64,000 bases of DNA, taken from the NCBI GenBank assembly GCA_030426805.1, contig JAUHXU010000003.1:1027220-1091219 (forward strand). Direction: 5' to 3'. The translations under genes and the position numbers were made by a program. The DNA is from a bacterium (GTDB lineage Bacteria; Planctomycetota; JAFGQW01). The notes beneath the pieces are model-generated. The model had not been told where the DNA came from. It made no database searches and saw only the letters and a program-made list of their open reading frames with translations. Positions 62,643 through 64,000 of the stretch are shown piece after piece (within the stretch, counting starts at the first letter, position 1; every line of letters starts with the position of its first letter).

Positions 62643-63008
62643 TTATCCCCCGACGAGCGGGACGAGCTTCAGGAACGACACGCGCGTGGACGGCGCGACG
62701 ACGATCTCGTCGGCGAGGTCGTCCACCTGGCGGTCGTCGACGAGGACGAGGAAGCGGTTGTCGCGAAACGCGTCGAGCGCGACCGCGAACTGCTCCTGCC
62801 AGTCGATCTGCTTCTTCGTCGTGTCGGCGGGCTCCACGAGCCGGAAGCGCGGCGTCACCGACCGCGCGTTGTGGTCCTTGACCTCCTGGAACACGCGACT
62901 GCGGATCAGCTCCTCGACCGTGATGCGCTCGGTCAGGAAGTCGAGCGTCAGCGCGTCGGTCTCCGCGCCGCCCGTCGTGCGGTCGGTCACCTGCAGTTGA
63001 TGGCTCAT
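62643..63008 (-). CDS. 121-aa hypothetical protein ending in Gly-Gly (beta-grasp/ubiquitin-like candidate)
   Basis: The ATG at 63008 has AAGGGA upstream. The C-terminus is DDRQVDDLADEIVVAPSTRVSFLKLVPLVGG followed directly by TAA, which resembles ThiS/MoaD-type tails. Confidence 0.65.
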   Translation of the reverse strand: MSHQLQVTDRTTGGAETDALTLDFLTERITVEELIRSRVFQEVKDHNARSVTPRFRLVEPADTTKKQIDWQEQFAVALDAFRDNRFLVLVDDRQVDDLADEIVVAPSTRVSFLKLVPLVGG

Positions 63009-63135
63009 CGGACGATTCCCTTCGCCGCCGATGCTCGCCGCTCGATCGCGTCTGCGCAAGGGGTCACACGCCAGACGCGCGCCAGGGCCGCGCCGGGGGT
63101 GGCCTCGACGCCGGATTCGCGTCATGATTCACGCC

Positions 63136-64000
63136 ATGAGCACCGCCCGCCCGAGAGTCCTGGTCACCGCCGCGCTGCCGTATGCGAACGGGCCGATCCA
63201 CTTCGGCCACATCGCCGGCAACAACCTGCCGGCCGACGTCTTCACGCGGTTTCAGCGGCTCAAGGGCGCCGACGTCCTGTCGATCTGCGGGACCGACGAG
63301 CACGGCGTCGCGATCACGATCGCGGCGAAGCGCGAGGGCACGACGCCCCAGGCGATCGTGGACCGCTACCACGGCGTCATCGCGCGGATCCTCGAGCGGA
63401 TGGACATCCGCTACGACAACTTCTCGCGCACGTCGCGCCCGATCAACCACGAGATGGCGCAGCGCTTCTTCACCGACCTGCTGGACGGCGGCTTCATCGA
63501 GGAGAAGGTCGAGAAGCAGCTCTACAGCGTGGCCGACGGGATGTTCCTCGCCGATCGCTACGTGCTCGGCACGTGCCCGAAGTGCGGCCACGAGAACGCG
63601 CGCGGCGACGAGTGCCCGAAGTGCGGCGCGTGGCTCGACCCGCTCACGCTGATCGAGCCGCGCTCGGCGCTGAGCGGCGACCGCCCCGAGGTGCGCGAGA
63701 CGAAGAACTGGTATCTGCGGCTGCAGGACTTCCAGCCGAAGCTCGAGGCGTGGATCGGCGCGAAGACCGGGTGGAAGGAGAACGTCCTGCGCTTCGTGCA
63801 GGCGATGTTCAAGGAGGGGCTGCGCGAGCGCGCGATCACGCGCGATCTCGAGTGGGGTGTGCAGGTCCCGGTCGACGGCGGCGACGGCAAGGTGCTCTAC
63901 GTCTGGTTCGACGCGCCGATCGGCTACATCTCGGCGTCGATCGAGTGGGCCGAGGCGCAGGGCGCGCCGGAGCGGTGGCGCGACTACTGGCAGTCCGACG
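63136..64000 (+). CDS. metG: Methionine--tRNA ligase (3' end beyond window)
   Basis: My own translation gives MSTARPRVLVTAALPYANGPIHFGHIAGN (HIGH-type motif), GTDEHG, zinc knuckles CPKCGHENARGDECPKCG, and YVWFDAPIGYIS. It is not in the ORF track because no stop falls in the window. An alternative ATG lies at 63124. Confidence 0.95.
   Translation, partial: MSTARPRVLVTAALPYANGPIHFGHIAGNNLPADVFTRFQRLKGADVLSICGTDEHGVAITIAAKREGTTPQAIVDRYHGVIARILERMDIRYDNFSRTSRPINHEMAQRFFTDLLDGGFIEEKVEKQLYSVADGMFLADRYVLGTCPKCGHENARGDECPKCGAWLDPLTLIEPRSALSGDRPEVRETKNWYLRLQDFQPKLEAWIGAKTGWKENVLRFVQAMFKEGLRERAITRDLEWGVQVPVDGGDGKVLYVWFDAPIGYISASIEWAEAQGAPERWRDYWQSD

Overview
High-GC bacterial chromosomal window. Spot counts of single 60-nt lines give about 70% GC in core regions. 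The gene content (DUF1800/DUF1501 pair, TIGR03435-type tail, FG-GAP giants, a polysaccharide locus with a sulfotransferase) is reminiscent of Planctomycetota-like genomes, but that is inference only. I support about 47 protein-coding genes or gene relics and found no rRNA, tRNA or CRISPR array by eye. Housekeeping anchors are acs (18856-20811, minus strand) and a partial metG (63136-64000). The left half holds the DUF1800/DUF1501 pair, two paralogous HUH (RAYT/IS200-like) genes each flanked by their own REP-like hairpin repeats, and a DUF2779 nuclease. It also holds a YHS protein coupled to a flavoprotein/4Fe-4S membrane oxidoreductase, a PAS-GGDEF-EAL protein, an M16C peptidase, and a BlaI/BlaR1-like pair with twin TACA-N2-TGTA operators followed by a thioredoxin/TIGR03435 fusion. 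From about 25.8 kb the window becomes accessory. It contains duplicated DUF4351/Rpn-like genes, two copies of a 155-bp MITE-like palindromic element bracketing a WecA-like gene, and a lower-GC four-gene module (29.8-34.9 kb). It then holds a Wzx/Wzy-type polysaccharide locus (35-54 kb) whose central part (about 39.85-49.7 kb) drops to about 48-55% GC. After that come two giant secreted beta-helix/FG-GAP proteins, a vapBC cassette, and a DUF4132 protein translationally coupled to a small protein ending in Gly-Gly. The four-gene module encodes a small membrane protein, a 935-aa TIR-like/GAF/HAD-like protein, an atypical kinase and a canonical Hanks kinase. This module and the GG-terminated protein + DUF4132 pair are the best candidates for undescribed systems. 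Many long ORFs in the supplied track are antisense or out-of-frame artefacts of high GC and were rejected.
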